A model generated the notes under the pieces. The model made no database searches. It was not told where the DNA came from and saw only the letters and a list, made by a program, of their open reading frames with translations. The translations under genes and the position numbers were made by a program. A stretch of 64,000 bases of DNA from Candidatus Obscuribacteraceae bacterium (GTDB lineage Bacteria; Cyanobacteriota; Vampirovibrionia; Obscuribacterales; Obscuribacteraceae): the NCBI GenBank assembly GCA_044226015.1, contig JBGAHS010000002.1, forward strand, positions 1,011,435 to 1,075,434, read 5' to 3'. Positions 39,076 through 49,426 of this stretch are shown one piece after another (positions within the stretch are counted from its first letter, which is position 1; every line of letters starts with the position of its first letter).

Positions 39076-41346
39076 TTACTGCCACATTTGGGAAGTACCG
39101 GCGATTTCCTGAGACTGGGCAGGCTGTGGAGCAATCTCACCCATATCGCCATTCATAGAGGCTGCTCGCATGACTTGCGGATGCTGAGATGGCAAAGCAG
39201 CACTGGCTGTGGTATCAATTGATGCAGCAGCAGTGTCAGTCCATTGACCTGGTGTTGGTTCTCTAAGACTAACAAGAGCCGTATTGAGAGCCATCAAATC
39301 TCCCACTTTGGCAATTCCAGAATCGTAGACCTTCTTAACCAGGGCATTGTATTCAACAACATTGCCTTGCAGAGCAGCGAATCTGTTAGTGAGTGACTGT
39401 TCGTTTGCCAGAGCCGGAGCCGAAGTTGAGACTGCCATCTGCAAATCATACATTTGCGGCACAGATGATATCAGCGCGTGAGCAGGCTTCGGAAAGCTTA
39501 AGCCTTTAGGCATCGGATGACTTTGGTAGAATCCATGCATTACCTGATGCCAGATTCCTGCCATGACCTTACCACCTGTTACGTCTTTATTGGCAATGGG
39601 TTTATTGTGCTCATTACCAGCCCAGACTGTTGTGACAGTATCAGGAGTGAATCCAACGAACCATATATCCTTGCCTTTATCAGCAGTTCCAGTCTTTCCG
39701 GCAACGGGAATTCCTGCTAAGGATGCTCTTGTTCCGGTGCCATAGCGCACAACGTCTTGCAATACGTCAACAAGCTGTGAAACCTTTTCCGAATCAAGTT
39801 GCTTACTACCAACAGCTTGATACACCTTATAATCTTTTCCACTTTCCGTTCGGATAGCACGCACCAGTTGCGGTTGCATAAATACACCACCTCTAGCAAG
39901 AGTGGCATAGGCGGTGGTCATGTTCAGGGGTGACACCGCGCAAGAGCCTAGCGCTAATGACGGGTAAGGGTCAAGTTGCGCATCTAGTCCAGCTGCTCGC
40001 GCAATACAAATCACTTCATTCAGACCAGTTTCGATGGCCACCCTGGCGGCACATACATTTTTGGAGAATGCCAGAGCGTTGCGTGCGGTCATCCAGCCAT
40101 GAAAGCTCTTATCAAAATTCTTCGGCTCCCATACCTTTGAAAATGCATCGGCAGCAACACTCAATGGCGCGTCGTTGATGACGGTTTCTGGCTCGATTGT
40201 GCCTTGCACCAAGCCTGCAAGATAGACAAATGGCTTAAAAATCGAACCTGCAGTGTGAGCCGCAAGAGCTCTATTCCAGTGATTGGCATCGTTAACCCCG
40301 CCAACTATCGCAAGAACGGCGCCATCTTTGACAGACATCGTCACAAGAGCGCCCTGGTCGATTCCCTTGGGAGCATTTTTGATCGCTTTATTTAGCACAC
40401 TCTCCGCAAGTGCTTGGGTTTTAGGATCCAGGTTGGTGTAAACCTTCCACTCTTGGGTCCACATCTTGTCACCTAGCTCTCTTCTAACTTGTTCAAGAAC
40501 CGGTGAAACATAATAAGGCCATCTAAGTTTCTCTGGACCTGACTTAAACACAAGCTTAGTCTTATGCGCTGACAAAAGGTCATTATCCGAGATGTAACCG
40601 CAGACCTCCAGGTCACGCAGAATTTTATCACGACGAGCTAGAGCCAACTGACGATTAGATGGACGCGCCATTTCCGAAGGTTGGCGAATCAACCCAACGA
40701 GGAAGGCAGATTCAGAAAGATTGAGCTGTCCCGCATGTTTATTGAAAAAATGCTGGGCTGCGCGCTCAATTCCATGCACCCCGTCGCCAAAATAGACTTC
40801 ATTGAGATAAGCCTCTAAGATTTTCGCCTTGGAGTAGTGTGTATCTACATACACTGACATGGCCGCCTCTTTCAACTTTCGTTGATAACTGCGATCATTC
40901 TTATCCAAGTATAAATTTCGAACAAGCTGCTGAGTCACTGTGGAAGCGCCCTGGACAATACGCTTAGCCTTATAATTCACTACTGCTGCGCGCGCCATGC
41001 CACCGATATCGATACCATGATGCTCATAAAAGTGCCTGTCCTCTGAAGCGATGACGCCTTCACGAACGTACTTACTCATTTTAGATAGGGGAACTGGCTC
41101 GCAGTCACGGTCGTGATGAACGGTACATAGCAACTTATCGTTTCTATCATAAAGACTTATGCCCTGTTCCGTTTCTCTTAGAGTAGGAAGCTTGACGTTC
41201 TGACTTTCAAAAAGCCCCCAAAAGTAGAGACCGGCGGCACCGATTATAAATAGACTTAAGACAAGCGGAGCCATAAAAGTAGGTGCAACCCACTTTTGCT
41301 TTTCAGTATCGGAGCTAACAATCTTCTCTTTCTCTACAGTATTCAT
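39076..41346 (-). CDS. Class A penicillin-binding protein (transglycosylase/transpeptidase)
   Basis: EDRHFYEHHG, QGASTVTQQL, RKLKE, SIFK, SKN, KTGT. Confidence 0.93.
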   Translation of the reverse strand: MNTVEKEKIVSSDTEKQKWVAPTFMAPLVLSLFIIGAAGLYFWGLFESQNVKLPTLRETEQGISLYDRNDKLLCTVHHDRDCEPVPLSKMSKYVREGVIASEDRHFYEHHGIDIGGMARAAVVNYKAKRIVQGASTVTQQLVRNLYLDKNDRSYQRKLKEAAMSVYVDTHYSKAKILEAYLNEVYFGDGVHGIERAAQHFFNKHAGQLNLSESAFLVGLIRQPSEMARPSNRQLALARRDKILRDLEVCGYISDNDLLSAHKTKLVFKSGPEKLRWPYYVSPVLEQVRRELGDKMWTQEWKVYTNLDPKTQALAESVLNKAIKNAPKGIDQGALVTMSVKDGAVLAIVGGVNDANHWNRALAAHTAGSIFKPFVYLAGLVQGTIEPETVINDAPLSVAADAFSKVWEPKNFDKSFHGWMTARNALAFSKNVCAARVAIETGLNEVICIARAAGLDAQLDPYPSLALGSCAVSPLNMTTAYATLARGGVFMQPQLVRAIRTESGKDYKVYQAVGSKQLDSEKVSQLVDVLQDVVRYGTGTRASLAGIPVAGKTGTADKGKDIWFVGFTPDTVTTVWAGNEHNKPIANKDVTGGKVMAGIWHQVMHGFYQSHPMPKGLSFPKPAHALISSVPQMYDLQMAVSTSAPALANEQSLTNRFAALQGNVVEYNALVKKVYDSGIAKVGDLMALNTALVSLREPTPGQWTDTAAASIDTTASAALPSQHPQVMRAASMNGDMGEIAPQPAQSQEIAGTSQMWQ

Positions 41347-41382
41347 ATTCGTCTACTTCTCGCCATTCTGGACCTCGGCAGA

Positions 41383-41407
41383 GACGCGAGGGCAGCATGA
41401 TCGTTCC
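41383..41407 (-). promoter_or_regulatory. ECF-type promoter GGAAC-N16-CGTC
   Basis: Exact motif, 36 nt upstream of ATG 41346. Confidence 0.8.
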
Positions 41408-41438
41408 CGATAGACGATTTGAATTCAGGCGAAATTCG

Positions 41439-42365
41439 CTAAGCTTTTCTGATTGCTGTTCTCTTGAATGCCAGCTGTTTTTCTTCCAGTGCACTAAGCC
41501 CTTGTCGAAACGCAGTCCAGTCAAATAAAACAGGGTCACTGCGATCTGCAGGTTGGACCTGTCCGTGACCAACAATCTGTTGCAATTCAAATCTATCTTT
41601 CAAATAATATGAAAGGCGAGTCAAAGACTTCATCTGCGCATCAGTATAGAGCTGGTCAGACGTACGCACTGTCTCAATTCCGATGCTGTTTTCATTTTTC
41701 ACACCTAACAAAGTTTTTGAAGAATCAACATGATAGGTCGCGTAATAGGGATCAACAGTCTGGTAAATGGTTCCGTCTCTATCGATTATGTACTGGGTTC
41801 CGGCGTGGTAAGTCCCAGCATTGTTCCAGCTTCGCACTATTTGCCTTGCACTGGCGATTGACGCGGTTTCCGTTGAGTGAATTACAAGAGTTTGTGGCAT
41901 GTTCTTCCTCTTGAATATTCCGCCTCTTAAAGGACAACTCTGAAACACGCCTGCAGCCACAAGCTGCGATGGGGCATAAGTGCTGGCCGAACCAGAAACA
42001 AAAGAAGCCATGATAGCCGCACGTTGCATTTTTGACATTACAGCTACCTTGCGGCGAGCAACAGTTTTCGCTTTTGCAATTACACCCTTTTTAGTATTCT
42101 TCCGATTCAAATTCTTCGCAAGCTTTGCCGAAATAATTTTCTTCTCTGAATGCTGATGAAAAGACGACTTCACAGCCCTGGCTGATTTTGTTCTATTATC
42201 TTTTTTTGAGTTGTTGGTTTTAACAGCTGAAATTTGAGCACTCATAGAAGGTGTTACGGCAGGAACAATTGACCTTGTGAGTGAATGGGCAGGAACTTGC
42301 AATCCTATTGCAAGTGCGCAGAGGGCAAAAATAAATTTAGGGGTTTTTGCAATTATTTTTGTCAC
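41439..42365 (-). CDS. N-acetylmuramoyl-L-alanine amidase (Amidase_2-like), secreted
   Basis: LVIHST, YIIDRDGTIYQ, NSIGIE, IVGH..V...DP; likely GTG start at 42365. Confidence 0.8.
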   Translation of the reverse strand: MTKIIAKTPKFIFALCALAIGLQVPAHSLTRSIVPAVTPSMSAQISAVKTNNSKKDNRTKSARAVKSSFHQHSEKKIISAKLAKNLNRKNTKKGVIAKAKTVARRKVAVMSKMQRAAIMASFVSGSASTYAPSQLVAAGVFQSCPLRGGIFKRKNMPQTLVIHSTETASIASARQIVRSWNNAGTYHAGTQYIIDRDGTIYQTVDPYYATYHVDSSKTLLGVKNENSIGIETVRTSDQLYTDAQMKSLTRLSYYLKDRFELQQIVGHGQVQPADRSDPVLFDWTAFRQGLSALEEKQLAFKRTAIRKA

Positions 42366-42717
42366 TAGTATATTTCCAGAATAAAAGGTGTAGCAACGCG
42401 AAAACGCGCAAGCAAAATGAACTCGCGTCCGAACGCACTGCATCCCATGATGCATGCCGTGCTTCAGCTCGCGCGACTTCATTGCGCTTGATTCAGTTTT
42501 AACACACCTCTTACAAAACCTACTTGCTCAATAAGGTCTTCAAATTTAGGGGAACCAGCGAAACCATTGCACACACGGCGATACAACGACACGCCAGCGA
42601 GAGCACGTCGTGGTCTACAGCTTCATCGCTACAAATGTTTACCGCAAGAAGCGTTTAGTGTTCGCCTGCAGACCCAGTACAGAAGCGAGTATCCGCCGAT
42701 TGACCTAGATTCACAGA

Positions 42718-43539
42718 TTAAATTGCCTTTCTGTCAAATGGCATATGGGCCATAGTGTCTGCCAGCTCAAGTCTGAGTGCTCGCATTTCCTCAGAAAGCC
42801 TGGTAAGCGCTTCTATGTCCTTTTTCCTACCTTGTAGGTCATTTCGTAGGCGACCCAAATCATGAATACGTCCGAGGGTCTGCTGCGCTTTTTCCAGCTG
42901 CTTGGATGGCTCCGCACCAAAGTCCTCAAGAAGATATCGCCAATTTTTCACTGCAATTCGAAGCCTGTGAAGTGCTTTGTAATCAGCAGCGGATGAAAGC
43001 GATTGCGTCAACTTGGCTTGGTCATTCAATACCAGCGCAAGATGCCGAGATGCTGACTCATTCCGAAGGTCTGACTTATGAATATGCTTTGCCACAACCC
43101 GTACTTCTTTGCGAAAGAATGTTCGTAGATTTTCGATCAGTTCTGCAATATCAATAGACTTCAAGAAATCTTTCAACTTACCTTTCTGCTTTCTGCGTTT
43201 ATTTTTCCATCTTCGCAACAGTTGTGGTCGACATCCGAGTTCGTCACCTAATTTGAGGTTTACATCGAGATCTCTCACGTCGCCCAGCCTATCAAGCAGC
43301 CTTCTGAGCTGAGCAACGTCTTTCTTTTCAAACCTAAAATCTTGCCAGCCATCCTGAACCAACACTGCCCATAAAGCAAAGAAATGACGCAACGCTATTC
43401 GGGCATCGTGAATATTGCTTCGACTTGTTTTTTCAGCCAGGCTCCGCAAGACTTTCTCCAGACCATTCAAAACGCGCTCACTAGCTTTAGCCTCAGCATT
43501 CAACCATGGAATTGTGCCTGTTTTAGAACTCGTTTTCAT
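42718..43539 (-). CDS. CHAD-domain protein
   Basis: IHDARIALR, LGDVRDLDV, LHRLRIAVK..RY..E, LGRIHD. Confidence 0.85.
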   Translation of the reverse strand: MKTSSKTGTIPWLNAEAKASERVLNGLEKVLRSLAEKTSRSNIHDARIALRHFFALWAVLVQDGWQDFRFEKKDVAQLRRLLDRLGDVRDLDVNLKLGDELGCRPQLLRRWKNKRRKQKGKLKDFLKSIDIAELIENLRTFFRKEVRVVAKHIHKSDLRNESASRHLALVLNDQAKLTQSLSSAADYKALHRLRIAVKNWRYLLEDFGAEPSKQLEKAQQTLGRIHDLGRLRNDLQGRKKDIEALTRLSEEMRALRLELADTMAHMPFDRKAI

Positions 43540-43550
43540 GATGCCCTCCA

Positions 43551-44057
43551 CTATTTGTGAGCTAACATTGTGTTGACATCAGCAAGAGAGAAGGCTGATT
43601 CATCAAGATCGACTCCTTCTTCCTCAAGAAAATACTGTTTTTCAAGAATAGCTTTGATGTCCTCAGTGATATTCTCGATTTGGTTGGGGGCAACCAAAAT
43701 AAGCCTGGTAGTGCCATTTTTCACAAGATCAGACAATAAAGCGCTTGTTTCGACTCGTGAAGAATCATCCGTGACGGCGATAACCTGTCGCCATAAGATG
43801 TGTTCAGGTTGCCAGAATTCTGGAGGTGCCACCATATCCAGCGGCATGTGAAGAGCCTTAGCCATGTCATAGGCAATAGGAACAGACTGATATCCGAGAG
43901 CTACTACAGCCCACTCTTGGTCTGCATAACAAAGCAATTTTTCAATAAATGCTCTGGCAACTTTAATCTTGCTTTGAAACTGCATAGACATTACCCACCA
44001 GCAATACGGTCTTAATGACACCCCGGTGCATTTAAAGTTCCACGGTTTCCTATTCAC
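43551..44057 (-). CDS. Degenerate phosphoribosyltransferase-like protein (start uncertain)
   Basis: VVALGYQSVPIAYDMAKALHMPLD and VIAVTDD...LILVAP resemble PRT family. Confidence 0.45.
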   Translation of the reverse strand: MNRKPWNFKCTGVSLRPYCWWVMSMQFQSKIKVARAFIEKLLCYADQEWAVVALGYQSVPIAYDMAKALHMPLDMVAPPEFWQPEHILWRQVIAVTDDSSRVETSALLSDLVKNGTTRLILVAPNQIENITEDIKAILEKQYFLEEEGVDLDESAFSLADVNTMLAHK

Positions 44058-44076
44058 TTACAGCATTGCTAGACCA

Positions 44077-47000
44077 TTACTGATGCTGACTTTCAACCTC
44101 ACCTGTTTTCACGTCAAAAACGACGGTTTGTCCAGACCTTAGCTCTACCACGTCTTTTGAACCAACCTTGATTGCGTCGGCGCTGCTATGTCCCGCCGTC
44201 ACTAGAATCTTTCGCTGACATATATCTACTTTAACACTCTGATGACGATACTGAATTCGAAAGGACAACCTGTTGATGCCTTTCGGCAAGTTAGGGTTCA
44301 GCCAGAGGACATCATCTCTCGTCACCATACCTGTGTAGCATCTTTGCACTATGTCTACGGTGCCGGCCATTGCTCCAAGATGTATTCCTTCCGGTGTCGT
44401 GCCCCCCTGAATATCCATATAATCACTGCTCAGAGCTTCCCGAAATAAGCCCCAACTAGCTCCTACGTGCTCAGGATCCATCTGCATTTTTCCTTCCACC
44501 ACAGCAGCATCTTTGTTTTCACCACTCGCGTTACGAAGCGCGGATAAGAGCTTTAGTGAATTTTTTCTATCAATGCGCGACAAAACCCAGCTCAGAGCAA
44601 CACGGCTCAGGGTCGACTTGTTAGAAGTTCTCTTGATGTAATAATCAACATTTAAGTCAAACGCCTCAGTGTCAAAATCATAACCAAGGTGCTGGAATAT
44701 TTCCTTCAACTCCTCAGTACTGAATAGGTAAAACAACATGAGTACATCAGCTTGCTTGGATACTTTGTACTTGTTAAAAGTGCCCCCTTCGTGGCCAAAA
44801 ACTTTATCCAATTTATTCATATCGAGCTTTTCATCCTTGTAAAAAGGAAACTCCTCAAGCTTCTCGTATCCCTCAAATTGTTCTATAAATCCGGATTCGC
44901 CAAAAGGAACGAAGAACTTTGCACTCATACTGTTCCACTGAGCCACCTCCTCCTCACTTACATTGAGCCGCTCTAATAGCTCATCACAGCGATCCTCGGG
45001 AATGATCTTTATAAGTTCAAGGGCTCTGCAAAGGCACCACGAAGCCATCACATTTGTGTAGGCGTTATTATTAATGCCAGGATGCTCAGACCCAGGATAT
45101 TTGACGTGATACTCGTCTGGACCAACAACACCATGCAGCTCGAATCGCTCGCGATCTTTGTTCCAAATTGCTATGCTGGAAAAAAACCGCGCAATTTCCA
45201 TTACTAACTCCGCGCCGTAAGCGTAGAGAAATTCTAGATTTCCAGTCACCTGGTAGTATTGCCAGACGTCCATGACGATTGCGGCATTAACGTGAATCTG
45301 CATGTGACTATAGTCGGGTACCCATTCATTCCTCGTCGGATACCAGATAGCGGCAGGTGTTTCTTCTCTTCCACTGCTTCCACTTTGCCAGGGAAAACAG
45401 GCTCCCTTCGCACCACGCTGACGAGCAATTTCTCGCGCAGCATCGAGTCTTCGATATCGATACTTAAGCAGCGACTGAGTTACTTCGGGTAACCTCAAAT
45501 TGACAAAAGGAAAGCAAAACAGGTCGTCCCAGAAGACATGCCCCTGGTAACCCTCAGTCCATCCACGAGCAGGAACACCGACATCAAGATCAACAGAGTT
45601 TATACAAACAGTTTGCAGAACATGGAAACTGTGCAAATGAAGCAGGAGTGAAATGTCCTTTCGAGAATTAACATCATCAGTTTCAATTGCCAAATCGAAG
45701 CGGCGCCAAAGCTGATGCCAGGCTTCCTTTTGTTCCTCAACCAATAAATCAAAACTCGATTTCCTTCCAAGGACAAGATTTTTTGCAGCTGCCTCTGGCG
45801 ATGCAATTGCGAAGTCTTTAGAGGAATAAACTGCCACCATTTTCTGTACTTGCACGCGAACGTTGCGCTTCAACTCGAGTTCATAATCATTCCTCGCTAC
45901 GCCGTTGTGGGCATAACTATTCGGCGTTCCTTTCTGCTCATGACCATCAATGAGTATGTATGTCGAAGCACAGACAGCAATCTCTACATTAGACTGTCTT
46001 GTTTTTACTAAGACAAATAAACCATTTTTGTCAGCTTCACTAGACAAGGACGCAAGATGCGCCTTTCCCATGTTTGAATAGAGTCGTGTACCTATGTTGG
46101 AAACCGAACCATCAATTGCGGAGCGAACGGTAAGCCTGCCATCCCAGTTTAGAGCCGTAAATGTAAGCTCGATTCCGCAAATGTGAGTCGAACGCATGTG
46201 CACGAACCGTCGCTCTGCAACAGCTGTTTGCCGTCCCTTCTTGTCAGTGAACTCAAGAAACCGATAGAGAATTCCCTCGCGCAAATTAAGTTCTTGCCGC
46301 CACTTTTGCAATTCTACTTTGTCGATCGAGAACCAATTGTCGTCCTCGATCTTGAACTGAAGCAAGGTCCAATTCGGAATATTGACCAGGTCCTCATACT
46401 CAAATGACGTAGTCTCACTTGAATAAAGCGATCTGTCATAAACACCAGCAAGGTATGAACCGGGAGAGTGAATTTCATTCGCGACAGATTCACACGACGC
46501 TGCTCGGCACGCCAAATATCCATTACCAAGCATACACAAAGCTTCCCTTCTGCCAACAAGCGAAGGATCGTACTCATCAAAAACAAGCGACCAACTTTCA
46601 TCGCTCACTCCAAGATCGGCAACGGCATAAGACGCAAGTTCTTTCTTTGTGCCCGCAAGCTCGACTTCATCAAGATCGTCAACAACTAAATCCGCACCAT
46701 GCTTGATCAATGCATCTCTGTGATTGGCACGGTTGACACCTATTACAAGTCCAAACTGTCCAAGCCTTCCCGCTTCGACTCCCGCCTCAGCGTCTTCGAT
46801 GACTACAGCATTCCCCTCCTCGACATTCAATTCTTGAGCAGCGTGCAAAAATGTGTCCGGAAAGGGCTTGCCACGAAGCCCTAGAGTGTGCGCATCGACA
46901 CCATCGACTACAGCATCAAAAACATTCTCAATGCCAGCTGCTTTGAGGATTTGTCGACCATTTTCGCTTGCGGTGATGACAGCGACTTTAGCACCAGACT

Positions 47001-47406
47001 TCTTGAGAGCATGTATTAAAGCCAGTGTTGTTTCATAAACCTCGACTTTGCCTAACTGAATTTTCTTGAGAAAAATCGAATTTTTCAAATTTCCCAAAGC
47101 GTGAATAGAGTTGAAACCCGGCTTGTCTTGAGCCTTTCCTTCAGGAAGATCTATGTGACGTGAGGAGATAAAACTTGCTACACCCTGATAACGCGGTTTG
47201 CCATCGACGTATTGGAGGTAATCACTCTCGATATCGAACGGAACGAAATCACTTTCACCGCCGCGCGATTTCAGAAACTTATCGAAAGTCTCTTTCCAGG
47301 CTGAAGCATGAAGCTGCGCTGTCTTAGTTACGACGCCATCCATGTCAAAAAGGACAGCCTCATATTTTGAACTGGAAATCACGGCTGACGTTAAACTATT
47401 GCGCAT
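44077..47406 (-). CDS. HAD (beta-phosphoglucomutase-like) + GH65 glycoside phosphorylase fusion
   Basis: FDMDGVV, GKPFPD, EDAEAG; LGNGYL, YQGHVFWD, GPDEYH, NNAYTN, KQADV. Confidence 0.9.
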   Translation of the reverse strand: MRNSLTSAVISSSKYEAVLFDMDGVVTKTAQLHASAWKETFDKFLKSRGGESDFVPFDIESDYLQYVDGKPRYQGVASFISSRHIDLPEGKAQDKPGFNSIHALGNLKNSIFLKKIQLGKVEVYETTLALIHALKKSGAKVAVITASENGRQILKAAGIENVFDAVVDGVDAHTLGLRGKPFPDTFLHAAQELNVEEGNAVVIEDAEAGVEAGRLGQFGLVIGVNRANHRDALIKHGADLVVDDLDEVELAGTKKELASYAVADLGVSDESWSLVFDEYDPSLVGRREALCMLGNGYLACRAASCESVANEIHSPGSYLAGVYDRSLYSSETTSFEYEDLVNIPNWTLLQFKIEDDNWFSIDKVELQKWRQELNLREGILYRFLEFTDKKGRQTAVAERRFVHMRSTHICGIELTFTALNWDGRLTVRSAIDGSVSNIGTRLYSNMGKAHLASLSSEADKNGLFVLVKTRQSNVEIAVCASTYILIDGHEQKGTPNSYAHNGVARNDYELELKRNVRVQVQKMVAVYSSKDFAIASPEAAAKNLVLGRKSSFDLLVEEQKEAWHQLWRRFDLAIETDDVNSRKDISLLLHLHSFHVLQTVCINSVDLDVGVPARGWTEGYQGHVFWDDLFCFPFVNLRLPEVTQSLLKYRYRRLDAAREIARQRGAKGACFPWQSGSSGREETPAAIWYPTRNEWVPDYSHMQIHVNAAIVMDVWQYYQVTGNLEFLYAYGAELVMEIARFFSSIAIWNKDRERFELHGVVGPDEYHVKYPGSEHPGINNNAYTNVMASWCLCRALELIKIIPEDRCDELLERLNVSEEEVAQWNSMSAKFFVPFGESGFIEQFEGYEKLEEFPFYKDEKLDMNKLDKVFGHEGGTFNKYKVSKQADVLMLFYLFSTEELKEIFQHLGYDFDTEAFDLNVDYYIKRTSNKSTLSRVALSWVLSRIDRKNSLKLLSALRNASGENKDAAVVEGKMQMDPEHVGASWGLFREALSSDYMDIQGGTTPEGIHLGAMAGTVDIVQRCYTGMVTRDDVLWLNPNLPKGINRLSFRIQYRHQSVKVDICQRKILVTAGHSSADAIKVGSKDVVELRSGQTVVFDVKTGEVESQHQ

Positions 47407-47430
47407 TACCGAGCCTCACCTTGTTGGCGA

Positions 47431-47455
47431 GACGTACCATAAGTTGTACGGTTCC
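47431..47455 (-). promoter_or_regulatory. ECF-type promoter GGAAC-N16-CGTC
   Basis: Exact motif, 24 nt upstream of ATG 47406. Confidence 0.8.
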
Positions 47456-47464
47456 GCACAGAGA

Positions 47465-47500
47465 CAAAAATGTCGGCTCCCAACTGGAACCGACATTTTG
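47465..47500 (-). terminator. Intrinsic terminator
   Basis: CAAAAATGTCGG.TCC...GGA.CCGACATTTTG hairpin after 47538 stop. Confidence 0.6.
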
Positions 47501-47537
47501 TATTTTTTGCCCTGGGCAATAGCTAGGTTGACGCGCG

Positions 47538-47822
47538 TTAGCGATGCCTCGTGGAGGTACGAGTTCTGGTGCGCCAATGATAATTAACAACTTTCGGTTT
47601 GGTTGTAGTTCTCTTCACGGCACTGTAAGTGCGCGTTGATTGTACTTTAGTAGGAGCGGGAGCCTGCTTGACTGGAGCGGATGTCTGAATAGGGGTTAAT
47701 GGAACGCCACCTGATTCAGAAGAAGATTCTGTCCCAGCTTCAGTCTGGGCGAGACCAGCCGACATGGTGGAGAACAAAATTGCAAGAGCAAACATACCTG
47801 AAAGACCCGTCTTGAAACTCAT
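47538..47822 (-). CDS. Small secreted Ser/Thr/Pro-rich protein
   Basis: GAGG RBS; signal peptide; disordered mature part. Confidence 0.65.
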   Translation of the reverse strand: MSFKTGLSGMFALAILFSTMSAGLAQTEAGTESSSESGGVPLTPIQTSAPVKQAPAPTKVQSTRTYSAVKRTTTKPKVVNYHWRTRTRTSTRHR

Positions 47823-47856
47823 CTTACTTACCTCAAAAGTGATCCGTGCTCACGAT

Positions 47857-47881
47857 GGCGAAGACGCTTTACGAAAGTTCC
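47857..47881 (-). promoter_or_regulatory. ECF-type promoter variant GGAAC-N16-CGCC
   Basis: One-mismatch motif, 34 nt upstream of ATG 47822. Confidence 0.55.
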
Positions 47882-47932
47882 CGCAGAGTTTTTCCGACAG
47901 GACCTTTTATCAAGGTCTGTCGTATGAATTCC

Positions 47933-47957
47933 GGAACAAAAGCTCACAACACCAGTC
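47933..47957 (+). promoter_or_regulatory. ECF-type promoter variant GGAAC-N16-AGTC
   Basis: One-mismatch motif, 31 nt upstream of ATG 47989. Confidence 0.65.
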
Positions 47958-47988
47958 CCTGAACAGGTATGTGTAGGAGTAAAAGATA

Positions 47989-48390
47989 ATGATGAAACTC
48001 ACAAAGCAGCTCTGCTCTATAGCAGGATTTGCTATCTTACTATCTGGCTGTAGCGCCGAACAACAACGCATTTCTGAGGAAAAGAAGCAGGTTGATGAAC
48101 AGAGAGATGCACAAAAGGCAGTTGTAGATGAAGACGCGAACCTTATGAAAAAGAAGGTCGATGTTCAAACAAAGCGAATCAAGAGCTATCTTGCAGCGAC
48201 AAGCGACGAAATTAATACTCGCAAGGATGAATTGAATGCCGAAAAATCTCAGGCGGATAAGAATGGTAGTCACGCTAAAAGAGACATAGATGATCGCGCA
48301 CGCGAACAAAAGAAAGCGCTTGACGAACAAGCAAAAAATGCAAAGAAACAGCTGGACGATAACGCTAAAACTGACAAGAATACATACTAA
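47989..48390 (+). CDS. Coiled-coil (LEA-like) lipoprotein
   Basis: Lipobox LLSGC; approximately 11-mer K..D repeats. Confidence 0.75.
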   Translation: MMKLTKQLCSIAGFAILLSGCSAEQQRISEEKKQVDEQRDAQKAVVDEDANLMKKKVDVQTKRIKSYLAATSDEINTRKDELNAEKSQADKNGSHAKRDIDDRAREQKKALDEQAKNAKKQLDDNAKTDKNTY

Positions 48391-48418
48391 CGCTCGATGC
48401 AGCTTTACGAACATCAAT

Positions 48419-48449
48419 AAGGGAGAGACTTGTCTCTCCTTTCTTTTTG
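48419..48449 (+). terminator. Intrinsic terminator
   Basis: GGAGAGAC-tt-GTCTCTCC plus T-run. Confidence 0.65.
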
Positions 48450-48552
48450 CCCTTAATATGAATGGAGCATTAGACAATAGGTGAATTGACCTAATTTTGC
48501 TATGCTCGATTCACAAAAGAAGCACCGACATTGCGGCCCTCAAATCTGCCAG

Positions 48553-49410
48553 CTACGCAACACCTTTATTGGACTTTCGCTTTTTAGGATTAGTTTTTTT
48601 GTCAGGCTCTGCAGGCTTTTCCGATTTTGACCTGGCTTTCTGTTGCTGAAGATTATCCAGGCTGGCTTGCAACGACTCCATAAGATCAAGCACGTTAGCG
48701 CTGGAACTGGTCTTCGAACGCTGAGTTGGTGGAACACCCTCAACTTTTGACTCGATTAACTTCAGCAACTCTTCGCGATAAGTATCTTTGAATTGCTCGG
48801 GCTCAAATGGGGCTGTAAGCATATCAACCAGACTCGACGCCATCTTTTCCTCTGCAGCCGACATTTTCTCGGACGGAGGATTGGCTGAAAGATCAACGTT
48901 TATTTCATCAGGAAAATAAAGAGTGGACAAAAGCAATCCATCACCTACAGGGCGTAATGCACAAAGTCGTTCCTTGGTGCGCAAGGTAATTTTCCCCAGA
49001 GCTATAAGTTTCTTTTCCACAAGCACATGCAATAGCAAACCATAGGCATGCTTAGCTGCTTTATTTGATTCAATGGAATAAGACTTTTCAAAATAGACTG
49101 GATCAACTTCTTCCAGGCGGGCGAACTGCACGATGTCGATCAGATTTTTGCTTGGAACCGGCAGTTTTTCGAAATCGGACTCGGAAAAGGATATGAAATC
49201 ACCTTTCGTGTATTCATATCCTTTTTCAACTTCATCCCATGGCACCTCTCTATCACAAACCGGACACACGCGTTGCTCTTTTATTCGTGTTTTACACTCT
49301 TTGTGAATTTGATGGAAGGCAACACTTTTGCTGCTCGTCGCAGTCTGCAGGCTAACTGGAATATTTACCATTCCAAAACCTATAGAACCTGTCCACATAG
49401 AACGCGCCAT
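48553..49410 (-). CDS. ku: NHEJ DNA end-binding protein Ku
   Basis: RSMWTGSIGFGMVNIPV, KGYEY, DPVYFEKSY, F.PE.FKD.YRE, VLDLMESL. Confidence 0.95.
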   Translation of the reverse strand: MARSMWTGSIGFGMVNIPVSLQTATSSKSVAFHQIHKECKTRIKEQRVCPVCDREVPWDEVEKGYEYTKGDFISFSESDFEKLPVPSKNLIDIVQFARLEEVDPVYFEKSYSIESNKAAKHAYGLLLHVLVEKKLIALGKITLRTKERLCALRPVGDGLLLSTLYFPDEINVDLSANPPSEKMSAAEEKMASSLVDMLTAPFEPEQFKDTYREELLKLIESKVEGVPPTQRSKTSSSANVLDLMESLQASLDNLQQQKARSKSEKPAEPDKKTNPKKRKSNKGVA

Positions 49411-49426
49411 GACTAAACCTCAGGTG

